A stretch of 64,000 nucleotides of DNA from an uncultured delta proteobacterium. GTDB taxonomy: Bacteria > Myxococcota_A > Polyangia > Polyangiales > JAFGIB01. The stretch covers positions 800,001 to 864,000 of the forward strand of contig CAVZVA010000005.1 in assembly GCA_963778655.1 (NCBI GenBank), read 5' to 3'. The notes under the pieces were generated by a model. That model was not told where the DNA came from and ran no database searches. It saw only the letters and a program-made list of their open reading frames with translations. Positions 1 through 11,261 of this stretch are shown one piece after another. Each line of letters begins with the position of its first letter. Positions within the stretch are counted from its first letter, which is position 1. The position numbers were made by a program, and so were the translations under genes.

Positions 1-446
1 CGGCTCTCCACGCTGCGCGCGCCTTATCAGAGGATCGCTATCCGCCATGGGGGCCCGGCGCGCCACGCGCAGGCGCCCGGCCGGCGATCGCGCTGCGCGG
101 CTCGGCACAGGGATGCACGGCTGGGTCGCCGGGGCTACATCGAACGCGCACGTCGTGGCGTTTTGCGGCGACCATACCATGGGGCCCAGAGCATGCGTTG
201 CGCCTGCGCGAGCGGAAATTCACCGAGACCGAAGCTTTCCGCCGCCCGCCGGCCGCGGCCCAGCGCGCGCGGGGGCCCGGAGGAGCACGGGGATGGTGGG
301 GGGGCGACGTGTCCGCGCGTGGGTGCAAAGCGCGCGTCACCCGCCCGGTGCCGGAACACTTTCGGCCAGCACTGGAATGCTTGCGCCGGCCGACGTGTTC
401 GGCTACGAGCCGAGCCCGGTCGCCCCGAGCTTTGCGCGGAGCCTGC

Positions 447-1433
447 GTGATCCGAGTCGAGAATCTGAGCAAACGATACGGCGATCGCCTCGCCGTCGAC
501 GACGTCAGCTTTCAGGTGGAGCCCGGCGAGGTGATCGGGTTTCTCGGGCCCAACGGCGCCGGAAAGAGCACCACCCTGCGCATGCTCACAGGTTACCTGG
601 CGCCCAACCAGGGGCGCATCAGCATCGGCGGCGTGGACGCGGTCGCCGACTCGGTGCGCGCGCGGCGCCTGATCGGCTACATGCCCGAGTCCGTGCCGCT
701 CTACCGCGAGCTGCGCGTCAGCGAGTACCTGCGCTTCCGCGCCCGGCTCAAGGGCGTGCCGCGCAAGCAGGCCGCCGCGCGCGTCGACAAGGTGCTCGAG
801 CTCGCCAACGTGGCCGACGTGCGCGAGCGGCTGATCGGCCAGCTCTCCAAGGGCTACAGGTCGCGCGTGGGCCTGGCCGACGCGCTGGTCGCCGACCCGC
901 CGCTGTTGGTGCTCGACGAGCCCACCGCCGGGCTCGACCCCAACCAGATTCGCCAGGTCCGCGACCTGATCCGCAGCCTGGCGGGCAGCAAGACCGTGCT
1001 GCTCTCGACCCACATCCTGCCCGAGGTGGAGTCGACCTGCGGCCGCGTGATCATCATCGACCGCGGCCGGCTGGTGGGCGAGGGCGAGCCGGGCCGGCTG
1101 CGCGTGGCAGGCGAGGGTGGCCATCTGCTGACGGTCGAGGCACGCGGCGATCGCGCCCGGCTCGAAGCGCTGCTGCGCGCGGTTCCCGGGGTGCAGGCGA
1201 TCGCGGCCACCACTGTGCTCTCGGTCGAGCCCTCGCTGCTGCGCTTCAAGCTCGAGGCCGAGAGCGGCGAGGTGGCGGAGGCGGTATTCCAGGCGGTGGC
1301 GGCCGCCGGCCTGGCGCTGCGCGAGCTGCGCCGCGAGCAGACCTCGCTCGAGGACGTATTCGCCAAGCTCACCCAACACGACGCGGCCGCGCACGCCGAG
1401 CCCGTCCCCGAGCCGTCGCAGAGCACCCCATGA
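447..1433 (+). CDS. ABC transporter ATP-binding protein, GldA-like
   Basis: Walker A GPNGAGKST, signature LSKGYRSR, Walker B LVLDEPT and H-loop STH. The GTG at 447 gives a typical 'IRVENLSKRYG' N-terminus. Confidence 0.93.
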   Translation: MIRVENLSKRYGDRLAVDDVSFQVEPGEVIGFLGPNGAGKSTTLRMLTGYLAPNQGRISIGGVDAVADSVRARRLIGYMPESVPLYRELRVSEYLRFRARLKGVPRKQAAARVDKVLELANVADVRERLIGQLSKGYRSRVGLADALVADPPLLVLDEPTAGLDPNQIRQVRDLIRSLAGSKTVLLSTHILPEVESTCGRVIIIDRGRLVGEGEPGRLRVAGEGGHLLTVEARGDRARLEALLRAVPGVQAIAATTVLSVEPSLLRFKLEAESGEVAEAVFQAVAAAGLALRELRREQTSLEDVFAKLTQHDAAAHAEPVPEPSQSTP

Positions 1434-2182
1434 GCGCGATCCTCACCATCGCGGGCCGCGAGATCCGCTCGTTCTTCGTCTCGTCCATCGCCTACGTCGT
1501 GCTCACGGTGTGGCTGCTGTTCTTCGGCATCGTGTTCTACATCCTGGCGCTGTTCTTCAGCGCCCAACCGCCCGGCTCCGGGGCCAACCTGCTGCAGACC
1601 TTCTTCGGCGGCACCACGCTGTTCTACCTGCCGCTGCTGATCTTCCCGCCCGTGCTGACCATGCGCCTGCTGGCCGAGGAGCGCTCCTCGGGCACGCTCG
1701 AGACGCTGATGACCGCGCCCGTGACCGAGATCGAGATCGTGCTCGGCAAGTACCTGGCGGCGCTCACGTTCTGGATCGTGCTGTGGCTGCCGATGCTGGC
1801 CTACGTGTGGATCTCCGCCGGCACCGCCAAGGACGCCGTGGACATGGGCGCGATCGGTGCGACCTATCTCGGCCTGCTTTGCGTGGGCATCTTCTATATG
1901 GCGGTCGGGCTGTTCATGAGCGCGGTGGCGCGCAACCAGATCGTCGCCGCGGTGCTCACCTTCCTGGTGCTCGGCGGCCTGTTCGTGACCGGCCTCGCGG
2001 GCTACGCCACGCCCGACGAGGAGAAGCGCGCGGTCTTCGAGTACCTCGGGCTGTGGACCCAGATGGGCGCCTTTGCCAAGGGTATCGTCGACACCCGTTA
2101 CCTGGTCTACGACATCAGCGCCGCGGCGCTCGCGCTGTTCCTCTCGGTGCGCGTGCTGCAAGCCAACCGGTGGCAACCATGA
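1430..2182 (+). CDS. ABC-2 type permease, GldF-like
   Basis: ATGA overlap with the ATPase; about 6 TM helices; motif EERSSGTLETLMTAP...GKY. Confidence 0.92.
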   Translation: MSAILTIAGREIRSFFVSSIAYVVLTVWLLFFGIVFYILALFFSAQPPGSGANLLQTFFGGTTLFYLPLLIFPPVLTMRLLAEERSSGTLETLMTAPVTEIEIVLGKYLAALTFWIVLWLPMLAYVWISAGTAKDAVDMGAIGATYLGLLCVGIFYMAVGLFMSAVARNQIVAAVLTFLVLGGLFVTGLAGYATPDEEKRAVFEYLGLWTQMGAFAKGIVDTRYLVYDISAAALALFLSVRVLQANRWQP

Positions 2183-3738
2183 GTGAGCCGAGCGTGGAAG
2201 CGCCCGTTCAGGCGACCGCTGGTCCGCCCCCGGCCCAGAGCCGGCGCCCCCGCCGCGCGCTCGAGCGTGCCGCGGTCAGCGCATCGTCGCTGCTGGTGCT
2301 GGCGATCGTGCTGATGGTGAACTACCTGGCCTTTCGCCACTACAAGCGGCTCGACTGGACCAGCGAGGGCATGTTCACGCTCTCCGGCAAGTCGCTCAAG
2401 GTCGTGCGCGGCCTGACCAAGGACGTCGACATCTACGTCTTCCTGTCGCAGGGCGAGGAGAGCTTCGAAGCGGCCGACGAGCTGATCAAGCGCTACAAGG
2501 CCGCCAGCCCGCACATCAAGGCGCACTACGTCGACCCCGACCGCAACCCCAGCGAGTTCAAGCTGCTGGCCCAACGCTACGGCGTGGCCAGCGGCGCCAC
2601 CGCCACCGGCGAGGCGCGCGCCGACGTGGCCGCGATCGTGGTGCAGGGCAAGAAGAACTGGCACGTCAGCCGCGACGACCTGGTCGGCTGGGGGATGGGC
2701 GGCGGTTCCGGCGATCAACAGGCCGAGGTCCAGGTCAAGGCGGAGCAGGCCCTGACCGGCGCGCTGATGCAGGTGGTGAGCGGCCGCCCGACCAAGGTCT
2801 GCGTCACCAAGGGCCACGGTGAATGGAGCCTGGACGACAGCGACGAGCGCTCGCTCTCCAGCCTCAAGACCGGCCTGCGCCACGACAACATCGTGTGGGA
2901 GGCGTTCGAGACGCTGGGCAAGAAGCAGGTGCCCGCCGGCTGCGACGCGCTGTTCGTGCTGGGCCCGCAGCGCGCCTTCTCGGATCAGGAGGCCAAGCTG
3001 GTGCTCGACTACGCCCGCGGCGGCGGCAACGTCATGCTCGCGCTCGACCCGGTCATCGACCACGACGAGATCCAGCCCACCGGTTTCGAGCAGCCGCTGC
3101 AGAGCGTCGGCGTGCGCCTGGACCGCGCGCTGGCGATCGAGCTCGACCAGGACCACCTGCTGTCGCCGAATACGGTCGAGTTCCTGGTGACCGAATTCGG
3201 CGATCACCCCACCACGCGCGTGCTCAAGGACCGCGCCCGGGTGGTGGTCGCGCTGGCGCGCAGCCTCTCGGTCACCGAGCACAGCGACAAGATCGAGGTG
3301 CTGATGCGCACCAGCGACAAGGCCTTCGGCGCCACCGACATCTCGCAGGTGATGGGCGGCGACAAGGAGCCCAAGCGCGGCGCGAGCGACATCGCCGGGC
3401 CGCTTGACCTGGCGCTCGCAGTGCGCATGCGCGACGAAGCTCAGGCCGAGAAGGGCAAGGCGCTGGGAGGCCGCCTGATCGTGGTCGGCGACAGCGACTT
3501 CCTTCAGGGCTCGTTGCTGGAGGCCCCGGAGCTCGCCAACTTCCACCTCGCGAGCGCGTGGACCGGCTGGCTGACGCAGCGCGAGGCGCTGATCGAGATC
3601 CCGCCCAAGAAGCTCAAGGGCGGCAACATTGTGTTCACCCAGGACAGCCTGTGGGGGCTGCTGTTCCGCATCGGCGTGCTGCTGCCGGGCGCGGCTCTGC
3701 TGCTGGGCCTGGCGGTCTGGTTCAACCGAAGGTCGTGA
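2179..3738 (+). CDS. GldG-like ABC transporter auxiliary component
   Basis: N-terminal TM followed by RLDWT...FTLS, then GHGE, LIVVGDSDF and a C-terminal TM; ATGA overlap. Confidence 0.88.
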   Translation: MSEPSVEAPVQATAGPPPAQSRRPRRALERAAVSASSLLVLAIVLMVNYLAFRHYKRLDWTSEGMFTLSGKSLKVVRGLTKDVDIYVFLSQGEESFEAADELIKRYKAASPHIKAHYVDPDRNPSEFKLLAQRYGVASGATATGEARADVAAIVVQGKKNWHVSRDDLVGWGMGGGSGDQQAEVQVKAEQALTGALMQVVSGRPTKVCVTKGHGEWSLDDSDERSLSSLKTGLRHDNIVWEAFETLGKKQVPAGCDALFVLGPQRAFSDQEAKLVLDYARGGGNVMLALDPVIDHDEIQPTGFEQPLQSVGVRLDRALAIELDQDHLLSPNTVEFLVTEFGDHPTTRVLKDRARVVVALARSLSVTEHSDKIEVLMRTSDKAFGATDISQVMGGDKEPKRGASDIAGPLDLALAVRMRDEAQAEKGKALGGRLIVVGDSDFLQGSLLEAPELANFHLASAWTGWLTQREALIEIPPKKLKGGNIVFTQDSLWGLLFRIGVLLPGAALLLGLAVWFNRRS

Positions 3739-3739
3739 G

Positions 3740-5974
3740 ATGGCGCTGGCGCGAAGCGTGCGGACAAGCCTCGTGCTGCTCGCGCTCGCCGGGCTGTTGC
3801 TCGGCTACATCCTGCTGGTCGACCGCGGCAGCGTGAGCAGCAGCCAGCTTGAGCAGCGCAAGGACGCAGCGCTGCCCGAGCTGACGCGCAAGGAGGTCGC
3901 GAAGGTCGAGCTGCAGCACAAGGGTCACATGCTGGTGCTGGTGCGCGACCCCGATGATCCCGACGAGGGTGGCCTGTGGCGGGTGCAGGCGCCCTACAAG
4001 GCCAAGGCCGACCAGCAGCTGGTGAACGACCTGCTCGCCTCGCTCGACACCCTCGACACCAAGCGGCGCATCGAGTCCGTGACTGCGGCCGACCGCAAGC
4101 GCTTCGGGCTCGACGCGCCGCGCTATCGGCTGTGGCTCAGCCAGGGACGGCTGCGCATCCCGATCACGGTCGGCGGCGAGAGCCCGCAGGGCGACGGCAT
4201 CTACCTTCAGGCGGCCAACCCGGCGCTTGCGTTCGTGGTCGGCAAAGACTTGCTCGACGACCTGGCGCACGATCCGCTCGACTACCACACCAAGGAGCTG
4301 CACGACGGCGCGCTGGTGTCGACCTCGCGCGCGCTCTCGCTGCGCGATGCGCAGGGCGAGCGCGCCGTGCGCAAGCGAGACGACGGTCTGTGGGAGCTGC
4401 AGCCGCCGGACGCGGGCCTGGCTTCGGCTCCGGTGATCGGCGAGGCGATCGACGCGCTCGACGGGCTGCGCGCCAAGCACTTCGTGGCCCAGAACGTCAA
4501 GGACCTGGCGCGCTACGGGCTGGACCACCCGCGCTTCGAGCTGACGCTGCACATGACGCGCCTGCTCGGGGAGGCCGCCAAGGACGAAAAGGGCAAGCCC
4601 AAGCGCGAGCAGGTCGCCCTGCGCCTGCGCGTGGGCGCCGCGTGTGCGGCGCATCCGGGCGAGAGCTACGTGCTGGTCGACGACAGCGGCAGCGTGAGCT
4701 GCGCGGCCGACGAGGACCTGAAGAAGCTGCAGAAATCGCGCGACGAGCTGCGCGAGGCGCGCTTGCTGCCGCTCGACGACGACGAGGTGCAGGGCGTGCA
4801 GCTCGAGCAGGGCGCGCAGCGGCTCACGCTGCGCAAGGCCGACAAGACCTGGTCGTACGAGGCCGCGCGCAGCAGCGGCCATCCGCTCTCGGGCCTGGCG
4901 CGCGCCGACGCGGTGTCGGGCTGGCTCAAGGCCCTGCGCGAGACCAAGGCCGTGCGCTTCGCGCCGGCCGCATCCGCGCCCTTGCCGCAGCCGATCGTGC
5001 TGCGAGTCGAACGCGGCAAGGACAAGCGCCCCTACGAGGTGCGGCTGCACCCCGAAGCCGGCGAGCTGATGGCGCAACGCATCGACGAGCCGGGCTCGCT
5101 GGCGTTTCCCGCCGAGGCGCTCGAGCTGCTGCAGCCGCAGGCGGCGCGCTTCCGGCCGCTGTCGGTGCTGCACTTCGACGAGTCGTCGTTGCGCGCGATC
5201 GAGCTCCAGCGCGGCTCCCAGCACGAGCGCGTGGCGCGCGCAGACAGCGGCTCCAGCTTCGAGATCCAAGCGCCGCTGCACGCGCCCGCGGACACCGTCG
5301 TGCTGGAGGAGCTGGCGCGCCTGCTGTCCTCGCTGCAGGCCGTACGCTACGTCGCCGACGCGCCCGCGCCCAGCGATGGCCTGGGCCCCGCCGCGCTGGT
5401 GGTGAAGGTCGAGCGCAACGCCGCGCCCAAGGACAGCGCGCCCGCGAGCTTCAGCCTGCGGCTCGGCGCGCAGGCCGAGGGCGGCCGCTATGCCGAGCTC
5501 GCGGGCTCGCCGGGGGTGTTCGTGGCGCCGGCGCAGCTGGCGCAGGATCTCGCCGAGCCGCTGGTGAGCCGCACCTTGCTCTCGACCCCGCTCGAGCAGA
5601 TCCAGAGCATCGAGCTACAGCAGGGCAAACGCCGCGTGCGCGTGACCCGCCAAGGGCAGAGCTTCCAGGCCGGCGGCGCGGCCGCGCTCTCCAACGCGGC
5701 GGCCACGGCGCTCGCGCGCGCGATCGCGACGCTGCGAGCGAGTCACGCGAGCGGGTACGGCGCGGCGAGCAAGGCGCAGGGCTTCAGCCCACCGTTCGCG
5801 CGCCTGGTCGTCACCCAGACAGGCGGCCAATCAACCGCGCCGCTTTCGCACACGATCTCGATCGGCGCGGACGCAGGCGACGGCGCGCGCTATGCCCGGC
5901 GCGACGACCAGCCAGTGACCTTCGTGCTCCCGAAGGCCAGCGTCAGCGCGCTCACTTCCGCGGCCGAGCATTAG
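3740..5974 (+). CDS. DUF4340-repeat periplasmic protein
   Basis: N-terminal anchor; repeated 'W..P....AD', 'YGLD.P' and 'IG...G.Y' units; occupies the usual position after gldAFG-like genes. Confidence 0.8.
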   Translation: MALARSVRTSLVLLALAGLLLGYILLVDRGSVSSSQLEQRKDAALPELTRKEVAKVELQHKGHMLVLVRDPDDPDEGGLWRVQAPYKAKADQQLVNDLLASLDTLDTKRRIESVTAADRKRFGLDAPRYRLWLSQGRLRIPITVGGESPQGDGIYLQAANPALAFVVGKDLLDDLAHDPLDYHTKELHDGALVSTSRALSLRDAQGERAVRKRDDGLWELQPPDAGLASAPVIGEAIDALDGLRAKHFVAQNVKDLARYGLDHPRFELTLHMTRLLGEAAKDEKGKPKREQVALRLRVGAACAAHPGESYVLVDDSGSVSCAADEDLKKLQKSRDELREARLLPLDDDEVQGVQLEQGAQRLTLRKADKTWSYEAARSSGHPLSGLARADAVSGWLKALRETKAVRFAPAASAPLPQPIVLRVERGKDKRPYEVRLHPEAGELMAQRIDEPGSLAFPAEALELLQPQAARFRPLSVLHFDESSLRAIELQRGSQHERVARADSGSSFEIQAPLHAPADTVVLEELARLLSSLQAVRYVADAPAPSDGLGPAALVVKVERNAAPKDSAPASFSLRLGAQAEGGRYAELAGSPGVFVAPAQLAQDLAEPLVSRTLLSTPLEQIQSIELQQGKRRVRVTRQGQSFQAGGAAALSNAAATALARAIATLRASHASGYGAASKAQGFSPPFARLVVTQTGGQSTAPLSHTISIGADAGDGARYARRDDQPVTFVLPKASVSALTSAAEH

Positions 5975-6632
5975 CGCGGGCCAGGGCTTCCTTCACCGCA
6001 GCCTCTGCTTCCGGCGCCGGCTCCAACGTCTCGTGTCCGTTGTAGTTCAGCACGCCCTCGCTGGACTGGAAGCCGGACCCGGAAATGTACGCGAAATGGC
6101 CCTTGACCTTGATCTTCGCACCCTGGAAGAAGTCGGTCGGAACCGGGAGGAGCCCGGCCTCTTCCTTCTCTTGCTCGGCCTTGGCGTCCTTCTTCTTGCC
6201 CGACTTCTCTTCTTTGATCGCGTCGTCGATCGCCTTCTGGTTCTCCGCGTAGCCAGCCACGATCAACAGCTTGCTGTCGTCGGTCTCGTTCGGCGTATCG
6301 CCCACCCAGATGTGCGGGGCAGCCGGCAGCGGACACTTCTGCTTCGGCGGACACTCGGGCGGAACGAAGACCTTGGCGATGTAGCCGGTGACCTCGACGT
6401 CCTGGTCGATCGTCTTGCGCAGCGCTCTGCGCAGGCCGTACACGCTATAGGTCTGGTCCGCGTACTGGGTGGGGAACGGCGGCGGAGGCAGGGTCGGCAC
6501 CGGCGGTAAGCTCGGCTTGACCTCCGGCAGCTTCTCGACCTGCACCTTGGCCTCGGCGACCTTGTCGCAACCCTGGACCAGACCCAGCCCCAGCAGGGCA
6601 GATGCACATAGGATTCGTGACAGCCTGTTCAT
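5952..6632 (-). CDS. Hypothetical lipoprotein (Pro-rich linker, possible OB-fold)
   Basis: Lipobox LVQGC after MNRLSR; RBS-like GGAG upstream; strong high-GC codon bias. Confidence 0.8.
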   Translation of the reverse strand: MNRLSRILCASALLGLGLVQGCDKVAEAKVQVEKLPEVKPSLPPVPTLPPPPFPTQYADQTYSVYGLRRALRKTIDQDVEVTGYIAKVFVPPECPPKQKCPLPAAPHIWVGDTPNETDDSKLLIVAGYAENQKAIDDAIKEEKSGKKKDAKAEQEKEEAGLLPVPTDFFQGAKIKVKGHFAYISGSGFQSSEGVLNYNGHETLEPAPEAEAAVKEALARANARPRK

Positions 6633-6727
6633 GGCTCCCTTCCGGTTGTCGCTACGCACAGGGGCGGCCAGGCTACCACGGTGTACGATAGGATCACAAC
6701 AGCGCTCTCCAGCCTGATCGCGGCGCC

Positions 6728-9253
6728 CTAACGTGCCGTGCCGCAAGCGGGTTTTCGCGTTGCCTGGGTGTGCACGGCGGTCTTGAACGCGGCCGGAGCC
6801 TCGGGCGAGCTGGCCAGCGCAACCGCCTTGCGCGCCGCCTCGCCGCCCAAGTTTCCGAGCGCTTCGAAAGCCAGCAGCGCCAGGTCGGCCTCGGGCGCCC
6901 ACGCATCAGGCCTGATGCCTTTGCGCAGCAGCCCGAGCAGCGCGTCCGCAGACTGTTGAATGCACAGCGCCTCGGCCAGCTTGACCCCCTCGGTCTTCAC
7001 CTCCACCCACTCGTTCGGGTCGTTGAGGCGCTGCTCGACCAGGGCCCAAGCGTCGCGCGCCCCGGCCTTGGCCAGCGCGCGCAGCGCGGCCGCGCGCACC
7101 CGGTGGGCCTTGTCCATCACGCTCTGCCGCAGCGCCTTCTCGCCCTGAGCCTGGCTGGCGAGCGCATCGACCGCGGCCGCGCGCACCAGCGGCCAGCTGT
7201 CGCGGCCTGCGTGCTTGGCGAGCAGCGCGAGCGAGCCCGGGTCCTTGGCCAGCGCGGCGCTCGCGGCCGCGCGCACCCGCGGGTAGGGGTCGCTCTCGAG
7301 CGCAGCGCTCGCCACGGCCGTGCGCTGCGCCGCCGCGCGCTCGGCCAGCGCCTGGATCGCGGCGGCGCGCAGCATCCAGCGCGGCTCGTCCTTGGCCAGC
7401 GCGGCCAACCACGCGTCCACTGCGGGTGAGGAGGGCAGCGCGCGCGCGGCCGCCACCAGCCGCCAGCGGTCCTCGAACAGCTCGGCGTGCGGCGCCGCGC
7501 TCGCCAGCAGCTCCGCGGCCAGCGCCCTCGCGCTCGCCGGCTGCTTCAGGCGCGAGAGCGCTAGCGCCACCACCGCTTGCTGCGTGACGCCCGCGCTCGC
7601 GCCCTGGCACCACGCGCGCACAGCGGTGACCGCGGCGTCGCCGCCGGCCTGACACGCCTCGGAGATCGCCTGGTGCAGCGCCGCACGCGTGCTGCCTCCA
7701 TCAGCCGCCAGCGCCGCCAGCAGCGCGTCGAGCGATTCGGCCGGGGCTTTGCGCGCGAGCGCCAGCGCGGTCGCGTCGCCGCGTGCGTCTGCCTTCGCGA
7801 TGCGCGGCCGCAGCACCGCCCGCGCGTTCGGCCCGGCTGCCAGCAGCGCTTCGAACGCGGCCTTGCTCACGCCGGCATCGCCATCGTCGAGCGCCGCGGC
7901 CAGCGCGTCGCGCGCGGCCGCCTCGCGCTCCGCCCAGGCCGCGAGCACGGGCACCGCCCGGCGCCGCCCTTGCGCGGAAAGCTTCGGCCAGGCCTCGCGC
8001 AGCTTGGCCGCAACCTGAGGTCCAAGGGCGACCAGCAGGTGCGCGGCCTCGCCCGACTCCGGCCCGCTGCCGCCAAGGTCCTTCACCAGTTGGTCGAGCC
8101 CGCCGCCAAAGTCGAGCTCGGTGTAGCCCTCCACCTCGGCCAACACCGTCGGGCCGGGCTTGCCAGCCACCACGGGCGCGCTCTCGGCGACGATCACCGA
8201 CAGGCAATGCCAGGGCCAGGGTTTGGCCGGCACCACGAAATACCGGCGTCCGGCTTCGGGCGCGTCCGGCAGGCGCACGCGCACCCGCGCGCCGTCCTCG
8301 CCGGCCAGCCACAACGTGCGCGCGACCGACGCGCCGGCGCTGCTGTCCAGCCCGCGGGGCAGCGGCGTGATCGCCAGCGCCCGCAGCGGGAGGCCGCCGG
8401 CGTCGCGGTGAAAAGTGGCAAATTCGCCCGCGCTGCCGGCCGGATTGCCCACACGCCAGTAGGTCGCGCTGTCGCCGTCCGTGAGCGCGCCCAGGGTCGA
8501 GCCGCTGAGCTGGCTCGACACACCCACCAGGCGCAGCGCGCGGAACAGTGGCGCGCCCGCCGGTCCCGGGCTGTGTGCGGCGGCGCTGAGCTCGACCGCC
8601 TCGTCCGTCGCGACCTCCGGCGGCGCCAGCCGGGCCGGCTCGATCGGCTGCAGCGCGAGCGAGCTCGGCTCGAGCAGGCGCGGGCGTAACAGGCTGCGCG
8701 GCTGGCCGCACACCCGCGCGCGCTCGTCCAGCTCGCCCACCACCACCTCCGGTTTGCCGTCGCCGTCGAGATCACGCACCTCGATCGCGTCGGCGGTGCG
8801 CTCTCCCGGATCGCCGTGGAGCTCCAGATCGCCGGTCCAAACGACGCGCGCGGCGCCGCGGGCATCGCGACCGAGCAGCACGCCGATCTCCCGGCCGCCT
8901 GCCGCGCTCACCCGTAGCAACGCCAGCGCGCTGCCGCCCGCCAGCGCGATGCTCTCCACGTCCACGCGCTGCGGCTCAGCCAGCGGCAGCCTGGCGTGCG
9001 CGTGACCGGCGGCGATCGCCAGGCTGCCGTCGGGGGCCACGCTGAGCGTGACACGCGTGGCCCGGGGCGGATGCCCGAGCGCCAAGCTGCGCGAGAACCC
9101 GAAAGGCGGGGCAGGCGCGGCCCGGGCGACCGCGGCGAGCGCGAGCAGCAACGCGCACGCCAGGCTGGCCTTCGATCGCCTCGCACGCGCTGAGGTCGGC
9201 TGCACCGCACGGGACTGTACGGCGAACCATCGCCTCAGGCGAGGCCAAGGCAT
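6728..9253 (-). CDS. Secreted HEAT-repeat protein with an FG-GAP-like motif and a discoidin-like region (start uncertain)
   Basis: Signal-like segment, DLDGDGKPEVVVG, ALTDGDSATYW and C-terminal HEAT repeats (D....VRAAA..AL). Confidence 0.72.
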   Translation of the reverse strand: MPWPRLRRWFAVQSRAVQPTSARARRSKASLACALLLALAAVARAAPAPPFGFSRSLALGHPPRATRVTLSVAPDGSLAIAAGHAHARLPLAEPQRVDVESIALAGGSALALLRVSAAGGREIGVLLGRDARGAARVVWTGDLELHGDPGERTADAIEVRDLDGDGKPEVVVGELDERARVCGQPRSLLRPRLLEPSSLALQPIEPARLAPPEVATDEAVELSAAAHSPGPAGAPLFRALRLVGVSSQLSGSTLGALTDGDSATYWRVGNPAGSAGEFATFHRDAGGLPLRALAITPLPRGLDSSAGASVARTLWLAGEDGARVRVRLPDAPEAGRRYFVVPAKPWPWHCLSVIVAESAPVVAGKPGPTVLAEVEGYTELDFGGGLDQLVKDLGGSGPESGEAAHLLVALGPQVAAKLREAWPKLSAQGRRRAVPVLAAWAEREAAARDALAAALDDGDAGVSKAAFEALLAAGPNARAVLRPRIAKADARGDATALALARKAPAESLDALLAALAADGGSTRAALHQAISEACQAGGDAAVTAVRAWCQGASAGVTQQAVVALALSRLKQPASARALAAELLASAAPHAELFEDRWRLVAAARALPSSPAVDAWLAALAKDEPRWMLRAAAIQALAERAAAQRTAVASAALESDPYPRVRAAASAALAKDPGSLALLAKHAGRDSWPLVRAAAVDALASQAQGEKALRQSVMDKAHRVRAAALRALAKAGARDAWALVEQRLNDPNEWVEVKTEGVKLAEALCIQQSADALLGLLRKGIRPDAWAPEADLALLAFEALGNLGGEAARKAVALASSPEAPAAFKTAVHTQATRKPACGTAR

Positions 9254-9377
9254 GGGTCGTGCCGGCCCCCCTTGCTGTTCGCTCACATCGGCCCAATAGA
9301 TGGGTGCACGCGCGGCGCATCTTGGTCCGGCGCGTGGTCGTCCGGGCGGCTGCGCGCGACGATCCCGGGGATGCGTA

Positions 9378-9406
9378 TTGACCCCCAACTGGGGTCTGTG
9401 TACACT
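9378..9406 (+). promoter_or_regulatory. Sigma-70-type promoter with an overlapping palindrome
   Basis: TTGACC-N17-TACACT; GACCCC-N5-GGGGTC inverted repeat at 9380-9396. Confidence 0.65.
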
Positions 9407-9855
9407 GTCCTACCGTAGACCACCAGGCGTGCGTAGTCACTTTGACACGCAACCCAGGTGCCCTGAAAAATTGGCCAGGTCTTTGCAACAATTAGGCCTG
9501 TCCGTGCGTACTAATCAGTTGAGCGTCTGGTGCGCGAGCCGTTTGGCGGCCCTAGCAGCACCAACATGTCGTAGTGACAAGTTTTTGCTCCGCGGAATAT
9601 TTTTTTCGACCCGAGCGCCTGAAGGAACCTCCGATGTCTGCCGCGAAGTTGGCCAAATCCCCCGTCGTTTCGAGGTCTGCGAGCCGCAAGGCCGCGCGGC
9701 GCCGGAGCGGCACGAAACATGCACGAAAATCCGGTGAGGTCGGACTGATTCCACGGCGCCCGGCTCCGCGGTCCAGCGGGATCGCGCCTGCCGCCAAGGC
9801 TCAAATCGTGAGGGCCAAAGCACAATCGGGTGCCGTGGAGCAGAAGGGCGAGAAC

Positions 9856-11163
<1,308 letters not shown>

Positions 11164-11261
11164 ATCGGGCAAAGCCCAACGGGACCCACCCTCCCGCGCG
11201 GGTCGTTTGTGCTCCCTTGGCCGTGGTCACGTTCCGGCGGCGCACCCGCGTCGCCGGGGCC

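Noticed and set aside
1..446. Short ORFs at the window start
   Set aside because: They have no motifs and low-complexity translations; this is probably an upstream regulatory region.
47..1429. Long N-terminal extension of the permease ORF (likewise the extensions from 1510, 12451, 52601, 52933 and 54979)
   Set aside because: These are Arg/Pro/Gly-rich off-frame translations of upstream genes. Internal starts with stop/start overlaps or signal peptides fit better.
9442..9471. Second TTGACA upstream of the sigma gene
   Set aside because: There is no convincing -10 element at 16-18 nt spacing.
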